64,000 nt of DNA from an uncultured Mycobacterium sp. (GTDB lineage: Bacteria > Actinomycetota > Actinomycetes > Mycobacteriales > Mycobacteriaceae). The position numbers and the translations under genes were made by a program. Position 1 is the stretch's first letter. Each line of letters starts with the position of its first letter. The stretch lies in assembly GCA_964511995.1 (NCBI GenBank), contig CAZEHT010000001.1, forward strand, positions 33,919 through 97,918, given 5' to 3'. The notes beneath the pieces were generated by a model. The model saw only the letters and a list, made by a program, of their open reading frames with translations, was not told the origin of the DNA and searched no databases. Below, piece by piece: positions 30,124-39,978 of the stretch.

Positions 30124-30909
30124 CTATTCGAAAGTCAGTCGCACGGAACCCAAACCGGTGAAATCCGCAACGAATTGGTCACCGGGACGTGCGTCGATCG
30201 CCCGTGTGCACGAGCCGGGCAACACCACATCGCCGGCTTTGAGCCGGACGCCGAAGCTGTCGACCTTGCGGGCCAGCCAGGCCACCGCCGTCACCGGGTT
30301 GCCCAGCACCGCGTCGCTGCGCCCCTGCGCCACCACCTCGTCGTTGCGGCGCAGCACGGCATCGATGGCCGTGATGTCTATGTCTTTCGGCGACACCCGC
30401 TCGGTCCCCAACACCCAGCCTGCCGAAGAGGCATTGTCGGCGATGGTGTCGCACAGCTGGATGTTCCAGTCCTTGATCCGGGTGTCGATGAGTTCGATAG
30501 ACGGTGCGAATGCCGCCGTCGCTGCCAGGACGTCGTCTTCGGTGCAGCCGGCACCGGGAAGGTCGTCGGCCAGCAGGAACCCGACCTCGACCTCCACCCT
30601 CGGATACAAGTACCGGGCGGTGTCGACGGGTTTGTCCTCGAACACCTCCATCTCGTCGAGGAGGTGGCCGTAGTCGGGCTCGTCGACGTTCATCATCGCC
30701 TGCATGGCCTCGCTGGACAGCCCGACCTTGTGGCCCACCACCCTGGCGCCGCCGGCCACCCGTTGGCGGATGTTGATCAGCTGGATTTCGTATGCGTCCA
30801 CGACGTCGATCCCCGGATTGCCGGCGGTCAGCGGGTCGATGGCAACCCGGCTGCGCTCAGCCAGGGCCAGGTCGGCGGCGAGCACGGCACGGGTCTGGTC
30901 ATCGAGCAT
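30124..30909 (-). CDS. hsaE: 2-hydroxypentadienoate hydratase
   Basis: [36 protein letters not shown]. Confidence 0.92.
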   Translation of the reverse strand: MLDDQTRAVLAADLALAERSRVAIDPLTAGNPGIDVVDAYEIQLINIRQRVAGGARVVGHKVGLSSEAMQAMMNVDEPDYGHLLDEMEVFEDKPVDTARYLYPRVEVEVGFLLADDLPGAGCTEDDVLAATAAFAPSIELIDTRIKDWNIQLCDTIADNASSAGWVLGTERVSPKDIDITAIDAVLRRNDEVVAQGRSDAVLGNPVTAVAWLARKVDSFGVRLKAGDVVLPGSCTRAIDARPGDQFVADFTGLGSVRLTFE

Positions 30910-30968
30910 TTCTGGTGAAGTCCCCTCGCTTCTGTGACCGGGGCAGTTGTTCCCGGGTGGGCCAATTC

Positions 30969-30982
30969 TATAACGTGTTCTA
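30969..30982. promoter_or_regulatory. KstR operator overlapping a likely -10 element of kstD
   Basis: TATAACGTGTTCTA matches the consensus and ends 1 bp before the kstD ATG. Confidence 0.85.
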
Positions 30983-30983
30983 C

Positions 30984-32666
30984 ATGACTGGACCACAGTA
31001 CGACGTCGTCGTGGTAGGCAGCGGTGCCGCTGGCATGGTCGCCGCCCTGGCGGCCGCTCACCAGGGACTATCAACACTAGTCGTCGAGAAGGCCGCGCAC
31101 TACGGGGGTTCGACCGCCCGCTCAGGCGGCGGAGTGTGGATCCCGAACAACGAGGTTCTCCGGCAAAACGGGGTCACCGATACCCCAGAGGCGGCCCGCA
31201 CCTACCTGCACTCGATCGTGGGCGATGTCGTACCCGCCGAGAAGATCGACACCTACCTGCACCGCGGGCCGGAGATGTTGTCGTTCGTGCAGCAGCATTC
31301 GCCGCTGAAGCTGTGCTGGGTGCCCAACTACTCCGACTACTACCCCGAAGCGCCCGGAGGCCGTGCCGGCGGCCGGTCGGTCGAACCGAGACCGTTCAAC
31401 GCGGCCAAGCTGGGTGCCGATCTGCCGGGGCTTGAACCCGCGTACGGCAAGGTTCCGCTGAATGTCGTCGTGATGCAGCAGGACTACGTTCGCCTCAACC
31501 AGCTCAAGCGCCACCCACGGGGCATGTTGCGCAGCCTCAAGGTCGGAGTGCGCACGATGTGGGCCAAGGCCACCGGCAAGAACCTGGTGGGCATGGGCCG
31601 CGCGCTAATCGCGCCGCTGCGGATCGGCCTACAGCAGGCCGGTGTGCCGGTGCGCCTGAACACCGCGATGACCGATCTCCTCATCGAGGACGGGGTCGTG
31701 CGCGGGATCTACGTCAGCGATACCAGTGCGCCGGAAAGCGCTGAGCTGCAACTGATCCGCGCCCGGCGCGGAGTCATTCTGGCCTCCGGCGGCTTCGAGC
31801 ACAACGAGCAGATGCGGGTCAAGTACCAGCGAGCGCCGATCAGCACGGGATGGACCGTCGGCGCGTCGGCCAATACCGGCGACGGCATCCTCGCCGCCGA
31901 GAAGGCGGGTGCGGCGCTGGAACTCATGGAAGATGCGTGGTGGGGCCCGACGGTGCCGCTGGTCGGTGCTCCCTGGTTCGCGCTTTCGGAGCGAAACTCG
32001 CCCGGGTCGATCATCGTCGACATGTCCGGCAATCGATTCATGAACGAGTCCATGCCCTATGTCGAGGCATGCCACCACATGTACGGGGGCAAGTACGGGC
32101 AGGGACCGGGCCCGGGCGAGCACATACCGGCGTGGCTGGTCTTCGACCAGGAGTACCGCGAGCGGTACATCTTCGCGGGCCTCAACCCGGGACAACGGAT
32201 TCCGACCAAATGGATGGAGTCGGGCGTGATCGTCCGTGCCGACACCCTCGACGAGCTCGCCGGCAAGACCGGTCTGCCGGTCGACGCCCTCAAATCGACC
32301 GTTGCCCGGTTCAACGGCTTCGCCCGTTCCGGCGTGGACGAGGACTTCCATCGCGGCGAGAGCGCCTATGACCGCTACTACGGCGACCCGACGAACGAGC
32401 CGAACCCCAATCTCGGCGAGATCAGCCGCCCGCCCTACTATGCGGCCAAGATGGTGCCGGGCGACCTCGGCACCAAGGGCGGCGTGCGAACCGACGTCAA
32501 CGGCCGCGCACTGCGTGACGACAACTCGGTGATCGAAGGTCTCTACGCAGCGGGCAATGTGAGTTCACCGGTGATGGGCCACACCTACCCGGGCCCGGGC
32601 GGCACGATCGGTCCCGCGATGACATTCGGGTACCTCGCCGCGCTGCACATCGCCGGAAAGCGCTGA
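30984..32666 (+). CDS. kstD: 3-ketosteroid Delta1-dehydrogenase (Rv3537 ortholog)
   Basis: DVVVVGSGAAG, GGSTARSGGGVWIPNN, PGDLGTKGG, YPGPGGTIG; synteny. Confidence 0.93.
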   Translation: MTGPQYDVVVVGSGAAGMVAALAAAHQGLSTLVVEKAAHYGGSTARSGGGVWIPNNEVLRQNGVTDTPEAARTYLHSIVGDVVPAEKIDTYLHRGPEMLSFVQQHSPLKLCWVPNYSDYYPEAPGGRAGGRSVEPRPFNAAKLGADLPGLEPAYGKVPLNVVVMQQDYVRLNQLKRHPRGMLRSLKVGVRTMWAKATGKNLVGMGRALIAPLRIGLQQAGVPVRLNTAMTDLLIEDGVVRGIYVSDTSAPESAELQLIRARRGVILASGGFEHNEQMRVKYQRAPISTGWTVGASANTGDGILAAEKAGAALELMEDAWWGPTVPLVGAPWFALSERNSPGSIIVDMSGNRFMNESMPYVEACHHMYGGKYGQGPGPGEHIPAWLVFDQEYRERYIFAGLNPGQRIPTKWMESGVIVRADTLDELAGKTGLPVDALKSTVARFNGFARSGVDEDFHRGESAYDRYYGDPTNEPNPNLGEISRPPYYAAKMVPGDLGTKGGVRTDVNGRALRDDNSVIEGLYAAGNVSSPVMGHTYPGPGGTIGPAMTFGYLAALHIAGKR

Positions 32667-32667
32667 G

Positions 32668-33528
32668 ATGCCGATCAACCTGGACGAAGCGCTGGGCGCC
32701 GAACTCGATCCCGTCGAATTCTCGTGGACCAGCACCGATGTGCAGCTCTACCACCTCGGCCTGGGCGCCGGCGGCGACCCGATGAACCCGCGCGAGTTGC
32801 GCTACCTGGTCGACGACACCCCGCAGGTACTTCCCACGTTCGGCAACGTCGCGCAGACGTTCCACGCGACCGAGCCGCCCGCGGTCAAGTACCCCGGCAT
32901 CGACATCGACCTGTGGAAGGTCCTGCACGCCAGCGAGGGGATTTCGGCGCCGGGCGCGATTCCCGCGTCGGGCACCGGCACCGCCGTAACCCGGTTCACC
33001 GATATCTGGGACAAGGGCAAAGCCGCGGTGATCTGGTCCGAAACCACGGTGACCGCACCTGACGGCGCGGTGCTGTGGACGCAGCGGCGGTCGATTTTCG
33101 CCCGCGGCGAAGGCGGATTCGGCGGCGCGCGCGGTCCCGCATCGACACCATTCGCACCAGACCGTGCCCCCGACCTGGAGATCGACGTCCCCACCCTCCC
33201 CCAGCAGGCACTGTTGTACCGGCTTTGCGGCGACCGCAATCCGCTGCACTCCGATCCCGAATTCGCCTCTGCCGCCGGGTTTCCCCGGCCAATCCTGCAC
33301 GGACTGTGCACGTACGGGATGACCTGCAAGGCTCTCGTCGACGCCCTCCTCGACGGCGAGGCGTCGCAGCTGGGCTCCTACAGCACGCGGATGTCCGGTG
33401 TCGTCTTCCCGGGTGAGACGTTGCGTGTCACAGCGTGGAACACGGGTGACCGCTATGTCGGCACGGTCAGCGTCCCCGCCCGCGACGGAGCCGTGGCGCT
33501 CAGCGATGTGGAGTTTGCGCCTGCCTGA
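32668..33528 (+). CDS. hsd4B: MaoC-like 2-enoyl-CoA hydratase (Rv3538 ortholog)
   Basis: YRLCGDRNPLHSDP, ILHGLCTYG hydratase-2 motif. Confidence 0.9.
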   Translation: MPINLDEALGAELDPVEFSWTSTDVQLYHLGLGAGGDPMNPRELRYLVDDTPQVLPTFGNVAQTFHATEPPAVKYPGIDIDLWKVLHASEGISAPGAIPASGTGTAVTRFTDIWDKGKAAVIWSETTVTAPDGAVLWTQRRSIFARGEGGFGGARGPASTPFAPDRAPDLEIDVPTLPQQALLYRLCGDRNPLHSDPEFASAAGFPRPILHGLCTYGMTCKALVDALLDGEASQLGSYSTRMSGVVFPGETLRVTAWNTGDRYVGTVSVPARDGAVALSDVEFAPA

Positions 33529-33609
33529 GGTGGGTAAACGCGGCCTGCTAATTTTTGGGACGTCTATCGGGCGGATTCCGTCAGCCCGACTTCAGGGAAG
33601 GGCAATAAC

Positions 33610-34319
33610 CTGAAGATCGGCAAGATCGCGGGCATCCTGTTGGCTGGCTCGGCGGCCGCCGCGGCCAGCGGGATTCTAGGTTCGCCGCTGGCGGTGGCCG
33701 ACGACACCACCGTGACCACCACCATCGGGCAGCAGGCAGAACTGGTCAACGGCGCCATCGTCCAGGGGTGGACCATAAACGGTCTCAAGCCGAGTTCCGA
33801 CGTGATCCCCTACTCAGCGCGCGGCACATCATGGGAGGCCACCGCTACCAACGAGGCGATTCAGGGATCGGGTGACCCCGATCGTCTCGAATCTCAACGC
33901 CCGGTCGGCCAGCGGCGATAACTACCGCGTCCTGTACGGCGTCGCGACTCCGCACAGCATCAACCCGTCCACGATCGCCCAGGGGGCAGAAGTCGATGGG
34001 CAAGGTGTACTTCGACGTCACCGATGAGAGCCCTGACACTGTCGTTTACAACTCCGCCGGCGATGACCTGCTCATCTGGAAGCCTGCGCCGGCTATCCAG
34101 CCGAGCCCCAATGGGCGCCCCCCTCCACGGGTGGCGCAGGTACCCAAACCGCTCCGGCCGCGCCGACTCCGGCGACGGGTAGCCAGGGCACTCCGCGTCC
34201 CCCCGAAAATCAAGAGCATTCTTCCCGGTGCCGCACGGCCGTCAGGGGACGCCCGCCTCCTGAGCGACGGGCCCGACTCCCGGGCTACCTCACGAATGAG
34301 ACTCCCACCATGCGTATAG
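33610..34319 (+). pseudogene. MPT63-like (DUF1942) secreted protein, frameshifted
   Basis: Signal-like N-terminus, then VQGWTINGLKPSSDVIPY..WEATAT; +1 shift near 33870 to VTPIVSNLNARSASGDNYRVL; second shift near 33985 to GKVYFDVT...LLIW. Confidence 0.72.
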
Positions 34320-34600
34320 GGCGTCGAGGGCCGGGCCAGGCGGATCCGATCGCACGACGCTGACCAGCATCCGTTCCTCGTCGCTCCACGCGACGGTCGG
34401 AATTTCTCGCGGCAAACCGCATACGAGCGTGCCACTGACATGCTGAGGCGTTGCGTTACGGCGCCACGGACCGGGTGTTCACTCACCTAACCGACAAGTG
34501 TCGAGGTGGTTTCTCGAATGGAGTGCGCTACTCCCCGGAGAGTCCAGCTCTGATCCTCGCCACCGCCGATCTGCCGCCTGCGTTCGTCCCGTCTATGTCG

Positions 34601-35788
34601 TCATGAGCTCACCATCGGGTAGTTGGGCAACTCGAATTCGTCGCGCATGCTTCGGGTGATGAGCAGGTCGGCGAGAGGGCGAAAGTTCATCGTTCGCATC
34701 ACCAGATCGCGAAACCAGATGCCCAGCCGCGTCTGGGTCGCGAAGACCGGGAGGAACTTCTGCGCGGCGGCCTGCTTGGCTTCGACGAAAGGGCGCAGTC
34801 GCGTCTCGTAGGCGGCGAAGGCCCGCCGGTAATCGCCACCAGCGCAGGCGAGTTCGCCGGCCAGCACGTAGGCCTCGGTCATCGCCAGACCGGTGCCCTC
34901 GCCCGCCATCAGCGAGACACACGCGGCCGCGTCGCCGACGAGCGCCGTTCGGCCTCTCGACCAGCGAGCCAGCCGGATCTGGCTGACGACATCGAAGTAC
35001 AGATCATCGACACCTTTGAGCGCGTCCAGGATTTGCGGACATTCCCAGCCGGCGTCACCGAACTCGCGGCGCAGCAGGGCTTTACGCGCGGTCAGGTCGC
35101 CGGGATCGGCGGCGTGGTCAGAGCGGAACACGAACAGGAACATGGTGCGATCCCCCCGCAGCGGAAACCGCCCGACGGATCGACCCGGCTGGCTGTGGGT
35201 GACGTAGACGAGTTCATCGCGGGGCCGATAGCCCTCGACGACGCACGCCGCGACCAGGCTGCCCAAATAGTGTTCGATGTCTGACTCGGGCCCGAACGTC
35301 AGCCGGCGCACATTGGAGTGCAATCCGTCGGCACCGACGACGAGGTCGAAGTCACGGGTCTTGGCCTGGCCGAAGCTCACTGACACGCCATCGGGGTGTT
35401 CGTTGATCGCGGTAATGCCGTCATCGAAGATGGTTTCGACGTCGTTGGCGATTGTGGCGTAGATGGCCGCGGCCAGGTCACCGCGCGGCAGGCTGGTGAA
35501 TCTGTCACCTGCCGCGCGGCGGAACGCCTCGACGCCCAGACTCGCTAGTACTTGATTGTCGGGTCCGACCGAGCGGACCGACTGCATCTGGTAGCCGGCC
35601 TCGCGGACGGCCACCTCGATTCCCATGAGTTGCGCGACGCGGTAGCCGACTCCCCAGAAGTCGATCACGTAGCCGCCGGTGCGAAATCGTGGTGCCCGCT
35701 CGATCAACGTCGGCTCATGACCGGTTCTGTGCAGCCAATGTGCCAACGATGGGCCCGCCACGCCGGCTCCGCTGATCGCGATCTTCAT
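34601..35788 (-). CDS. FAD-dependent monooxygenase/oxidoreductase
   Basis: MKIAISGAGVAG, GGYVIDFWG, DLVVGADGLHSNVR, LVGDAAAC...GEGTGLAM. Confidence 0.88.
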   Translation of the reverse strand: MKIAISGAGVAGPSLAHWLHRTGHEPTLIERAPRFRTGGYVIDFWGVGYRVAQLMGIEVAVREAGYQMQSVRSVGPDNQVLASLGVEAFRRAAGDRFTSLPRGDLAAAIYATIANDVETIFDDGITAINEHPDGVSVSFGQAKTRDFDLVVGADGLHSNVRRLTFGPESDIEHYLGSLVAACVVEGYRPRDELVYVTHSQPGRSVGRFPLRGDRTMFLFVFRSDHAADPGDLTARKALLRREFGDAGWECPQILDALKGVDDLYFDVVSQIRLARWSRGRTALVGDAAACVSLMAGEGTGLAMTEAYVLAGELACAGGDYRRAFAAYETRLRPFVEAKQAAAQKFLPVFATQTRLGIWFRDLVMRTMNFRPLADLLITRSMRDEFELPNYPMVSS

Positions 35789-35904
35789 GCCGTCAATTCC
35801 TTCCGCCGACCGATGGCGATGTCGTGGGCGGCCGCTGAAACGCCCTCGCCGCGAACCGCTGATTCCTGCCCTGTCGGGATGGCCGCCCCGGGTCGGACAT
35901 CGCG

Positions 35905-36387
35905 TCAACGCCGGATGGCCAACCGGACGAACGGCATTCGTTGCCCAACCGCCCGAAAGTCGGCCTCCGACCCGTCGACCGAGAAGCCCATCAGCCGAGG
36001 AAGTAGGTATCTCGCCGCGGCGCGGTGTTGGGCTGCGTACTGGGCGAAGACGTCGGCCCCCTCGTCGGCAGTCAGCGGTAGCGCCGTCACGGGGATCGTG
36101 TGTCTTCCGACCTGGATGCTGGCTTCCGGTGTGTGAAGGATGTTGCGGTACCAGGCGGCGGTGGATCCCCATCCGGAAGCAACCACGAAGCTTCCGTCCG
36201 CGGGGTCGTGTTCGACGACTTCCAAAATGACCTGGCGCTGCTTGCCGGAGACTCGCCCGATGTGATTGAGCAGCAGGACGCGTTTACCGAATAGCCAGCC
36301 CAGCCCGAGCCGATAGACGTAAATCGGCGCGCGGAACAAAGCCCGGCTCACCCCCGACGGCGGTCGCACGTTCTTCACGATCTTCAT
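35905..36387 (-). CDS. Deazaflavin (F420)-dependent nitroreductase family (DDN-like)
   Basis: LLLNHIGRVSGKQR, VVASGWG..AAWYRNI. Confidence 0.83.
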   Translation of the reverse strand: MKIVKNVRPPSGVSRALFRAPIYVYRLGLGWLFGKRVLLLNHIGRVSGKQRQVILEVVEHDPADGSFVVASGWGSTAAWYRNILHTPEASIQVGRHTIPVTALPLTADEGADVFAQYAAQHRAAARYLLPRLMGFSVDGSEADFRAVGQRMPFVRLAIRR

Positions 36388-36474
36388 CGGTTGCCTCCTC
36401 CAATGCGGAACGCTCGGAAATGGCCTGCCGCTCAACGGGTGAATCGCCAACCCTTTCTCACACTACGCCTATCG

Positions 36475-36519
36475 TTGCACCATGAACAATATCCAATTCG
36501 CATTTAGTGCAAGGTGCAT
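36475..36519. promoter_or_regulatory. Candidate MarR operator pair
   Basis: TTGCA-CCA-TGAAC and GTGCA-AGG-TGCAT in the AT-rich divergent intergenic region. Confidence 0.35.
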
Positions 36520-36564
36520 ATGGTGCTGGCTGGATGTATTCTCCGGAACGGAGGAAGGCCGCAC

Positions 36565-37086
36565 ATGACGTCAACGAGCAAGCACAGCCGCGCCAACGGC
36601 TCGTCGGAAGCCGTGGAATACCCCGTCAGGCTCGAACGAGCCACCCGGGGACTGTTCGCGCTGAACGTCTCCGTCCTCGAACACGTGGAAAACAGTGTGG
36701 GTCTGGAACCGCTGCGAGCCCTCCAATCGCTCGACCGCCGCGGCCCGAGCATGGTGGGCGAACTCGGCGACGACCTCGGCCTGGTGCCCTCCACCGCAAG
36801 CCGGCTCAGCGACCGCCTCGCGGAGGCCGGCCTGATCACTCGCCGCCCCGCACCGAGCAACCGGCGATCCACCTTGCTCGAACTCACCGACGCGGGCCGC
36901 GCCATCCTCGACGAACTGGTCGCGCTACGCATCCGAGCGTTCGGCGAGGTCGCCGACCACATGAGCGGCCAAGACCGCGACGCTCTCATTCAAGGGGCCC
37001 GGGCGTTCACCGCCGCACAGCAACGACTGTCCGACACGAGCACCAAGCAGCGCACCGAATCCCGCCGAGTCAGTGACAAGCCCTGA
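36565..37086 (+). CDS. MarR-family regulator
   Basis: SMVGELGDDLGLVPSTASRLSDRLAEAGLITR..SNRRSTLLELTDAGR. Confidence 0.85.
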   Translation: MTSTSKHSRANGSSEAVEYPVRLERATRGLFALNVSVLEHVENSVGLEPLRALQSLDRRGPSMVGELGDDLGLVPSTASRLSDRLAEAGLITRRPAPSNRRSTLLELTDAGRAILDELVALRIRAFGEVADHMSGQDRDALIQGARAFTAAQQRLSDTSTKQRTESRRVSDKP

Positions 37087-37172
37087 ACGTCCGCTCGAAC
37101 GAGGGACGTGACGTGGCGTCGCCGCCCGCGGTGCTCGAGCATCGGCATGCGAATCGTCGAGTAGGAAGCTCA

Positions 37173-38141
37173 CTAGGTTTGTCGGCCGTGCATTGCGGCC
37201 AAGCGGGCGTTGTAGGTGGCCAGTGCCGCGTCGTCGTCGTCAAGGTCAATCGACGAGTCGGCGCCGGCGCCGAGGGTCGTTTGTCGGCGGATGCGGTCCA
37301 GCCACGGGCCCAGGCTCGCGCCTGAGTCGTTGCGGCGGGCAATCCATCGGCCGCCGATGATGACCAAGAGGATCATCATCAGTCCGTCGCCGGCGAACCA
37401 CACGATGGCCCCGGCCATGGACTGGTCAGCAAGGGCGGACGGGCCCCAGTTTCGGGAGCCGGCGTACGCGGGCGCGAGGGCAGTTCTGGTCATCATCAAC
37501 ACAACGCCGACGAGGGTGTCAGGGCCCATGCAGAACGCGACGATGACAAAACTCAGGAACGGGGCCAGCGGCGGGTCGGTGGTCAGCTCTTCGCCGACCA
37601 AGGGGAGGAGCAACAGGTAGCCGGTGATCAGATATAGAGCCAGTTCGCTGTCGTGGATCCACAGGTGCTGGTTCATGGCCTGTTAAAAGCCGGTCAGGTG
37701 GGTGAGCACCAGCACCGCCGCATAGAGGGGGACGGTGAAGCGCGGTGTCATCAGCCAATGGAATGGCCTGCTCCCGCGGAAGCTGTCGAGACGGAGCCGG
37801 GTCGTGGGGCCGGCGGCGTTGTGCAGCAGCCGAATTGGCTGTGCCCACACTATTAGCGCGGGCGCCACCGTGATGAGTAGCAGGTGCACGATCATGTGCA
37901 CCCAGAAGAGGTGGTGGCTGTAGATCGCCAGCGGGCTGTTGACGACGAGTACGAGGATCGCGGCGGCGGCAACCGCTGACACCATTCGTCGGACCGGCCA
38001 GGGTCGCCCGGTGCGACCGAGTTGGATCAGCAGCAGAAGATAGACGGCGAGCACCAGCGTGACGAGTAGGTCGGCAACGGGTGCCGACGTCCAATCCGCC
38101 AGCACTGCAGCGCCGCTGGGCGGTGCGGTGTCCATCGTCAT
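37173..38141 (-). pseudogene. Cytochrome c oxidase assembly factor (Caa3 CtaG family) split by a nonsense codon
   Basis: Two in-frame ORFs: ...HLFWVHMIVHLLLITVAPALIVWAQP...THLTGF, TAA at 37683-37685, then QAMNQHLWIHDSE...DQSMAGAIVWFAGD. Confidence 0.75.
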
Positions 38142-38410
38142 GTCGTCGGCCCTGGGGTGGTGGTGTTCGGGCGGAGCTTGGCGAGCACCGCTTCGTAGGT
38201 GATCCAGCCGATCAGTGCGGTGTGATCCTCGTTCAGCACGGGCAGGCCCGTGCCACCGCGGCCGCCGAGTTTGGCGAGGATTTCGTCGGTTGTAGCGTCC
38301 GCGCCGACGGCGCTGGGCAACCCGATGAGCGGTTTGACACCCCGCGGCGGGTCGGGATCGTCGAGCGCTTCGGCGATGTCCTGCGCCGACGGGAAGTAGC
38401 GCGTTCGTCG
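38138..38410 (-). pseudogene. Orphan C-terminal CBS-like fragment
   Basis: LPSAVGADATTDEILAKL...GLPVLNEDHTALIGWITYEAVL resembles a CBS motif; no credible start. Confidence 0.4.
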
Positions 38411-38588
38411 TGGCCTGCGATGCGCGTCCGGGGAATCCGCGGTGCGGCGGCTTGTGTTTCCGCGCTGGGGGCGAGACTCATTTCTTTCGTCACCTTCGGC
38501 GGCCGTTTGGTTTGCTGAGCTGAGCACCGCGACTACCGAAAACGGGGGCATAATCAATGGTGACGGCGATCGTCAAGGAGTACCGGCG

Positions 38589-39074
38589 ATGCACGACTTG
38601 ATTCGCGGGATGGTCACTCTAGGGCATCACCATGTCGACGACTCGCTGCAGAACACCTTCGCCGAGGCGTCGATCATCAACCGTGTGATCGCGCAGCTGT
38701 ACGCGACCCGGTTCGACAAGCAGCTCGCGGCCGGCGTCGCACCCGAGCCCGGCAGCGCCCTCGCGGCGCACGTGGCACGATTGGCGTCGGCAGACGAGCG
38801 ACGCACGCTCGCCGAAACCCTGCAACACAGTGTTTCCGAGACCCACTCACGTCATCCGCGGATGTCGGCAACAATCCCCGTGGACCGGTCAGGCGTCGCG
38901 GCCGCAGTGGGTTTAATCGACCAAGTCGTGCTGCGCCTGCTTGGTCCGCGCCCGGTGAGCGCGCGCGGTGTCGCGCGGCTACGCCTGCTGCTGTCCGACG
39001 GTGCCGGGCCGATGTACTACTCTAGAGGCGGCGACCTGGCTGCCGAACTGCGCGTGGTGCTGGCCCAGCTGTGA
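38589..39074 (+). CDS. Hypothetical protein
   Basis: RBS AAGGAG then ATG; ends ARGVARLRLLLSDGAGPMY, a motif recalled from actinobacterial hypotheticals. Confidence 0.6.
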   Translation: MHDLIRGMVTLGHHHVDDSLQNTFAEASIINRVIAQLYATRFDKQLAAGVAPEPGSALAAHVARLASADERRTLAETLQHSVSETHSRHPRMSATIPVDRSGVAAAVGLIDQVVLRLLGPRPVSARGVARLRLLLSDGAGPMYYSRGGDLAAELRVVLAQL

Positions 39075-39330
39075 CCACACCGATCCCACCATTGCTGGCT
39101 TGGGTTCCGTCATCTTGGGTGGCTTCAGGGTCTGGCGCTAGTTTCGGGGCCCGGTTTGGTTCTGCCCGAACAGGCAGGGTCTGCTCGAACCACCGCGAAA
39201 TGTAGAAGTGGCGATGGTTGGCACGGTGACTCCTGCTGTGCCGGCCAGACGAGTCGGGACGCCGGCTGGCCGGTCTTGCAAGTGCCCAGACCCGACGACA
39301 GCATCTGTGGGATCTGGTGGGGGGATGAGG

Positions 39331-39822
39331 TCACATCGACCGGCCGCGGTCCCGGTGAGCGGCTGGCATGGACTGTTGGCGCCAGCGGTCCAGCAGTGCC
39401 GGGATCTCCAAGAGCAGGAAGGCGTAGAAGTCGCGCATCTGGGTGAGGCGCTGCCCGGCCAGGCTGTTCGACCCGGTGGCGGTGATCCCGGCCTCGGCGG
39501 CCGCGAGCATGGCTGAAATGACTGCGTTCTGGTTGGTGAATAGGAGCGCCCAGGCGTCGTCGCGCAGCCGGTAGTGGTCCCGGCGGCTGGCCGGCGCGGG
39601 CACGCGCTCGGCGAGGCCAACCGAGGTGAGCATTTTGATGGCGCCCGAGATCGCGCCCGAGCTCGCCTGGAGTTGGTCGGCCAGTTCGCCCATCGTCATG
39701 GTGGGCTGTTCGGTGAACAGCAGGGCGGCCAGAACCCGGGCGGTCATGCGTTGCAGCCCGTGGCTGGACAGAACGAGCGCAAGCTGCTCGGCACCTACGT
39801 TCGGATCTGCGGCCTCGGTCAC
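39331..39822 (-). CDS. GbsR/MarR-family regulator
   Basis: HGLQRMTARVLAALL..TMGELADQLQASSGAISGAIKML..GLAERVPAPASRRDHY. Confidence 0.82.
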   Translation of the reverse strand: MTEAADPNVGAEQLALVLSSHGLQRMTARVLAALLFTEQPTMTMGELADQLQASSGAISGAIKMLTSVGLAERVPAPASRRDHYRLRDDAWALLFTNQNAVISAMLAAAEAGITATGSNSLAGQRLTQMRDFYAFLLLEIPALLDRWRQQSMPAAHRDRGRSM

Positions 39823-39847
39823 CGGAATCCCCTCCCCGCCACGATCC

Positions 39848-39876
39848 TTCACAAATCTCTGAAGCTTCAGTATAGT
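39848..39876 (+). promoter_or_regulatory. Sigma-A-type promoter with a palindromic operator in the spacer
   Basis: TTCACA (39848-53), 17 bp spacer, TATAGT (39871-76); perfect palindrome CTGAAGCTTCAG at 39859-39870. Confidence 0.6.
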
Positions 39877-39978
39877 GGCTGCCGGTGCTCCGGGAAGTCT
39901 GGTCGGAATCTGGTAACCGTATGCGCGGTGACGGCGGTCCGACCGACGTGCCGCGCCGACCCAAAGGCGATTGAGCAT

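Noticed and set aside
1125-33416. Many long antisense or alternative-frame ORFs (e.g. 3210-4817, 6140-7738, 12077-13510, 13848-15260, 25384-26940)
   Set aside because: Arg/Gly/Pro-rich shadows of real genes in high-GC DNA, with no family motifs
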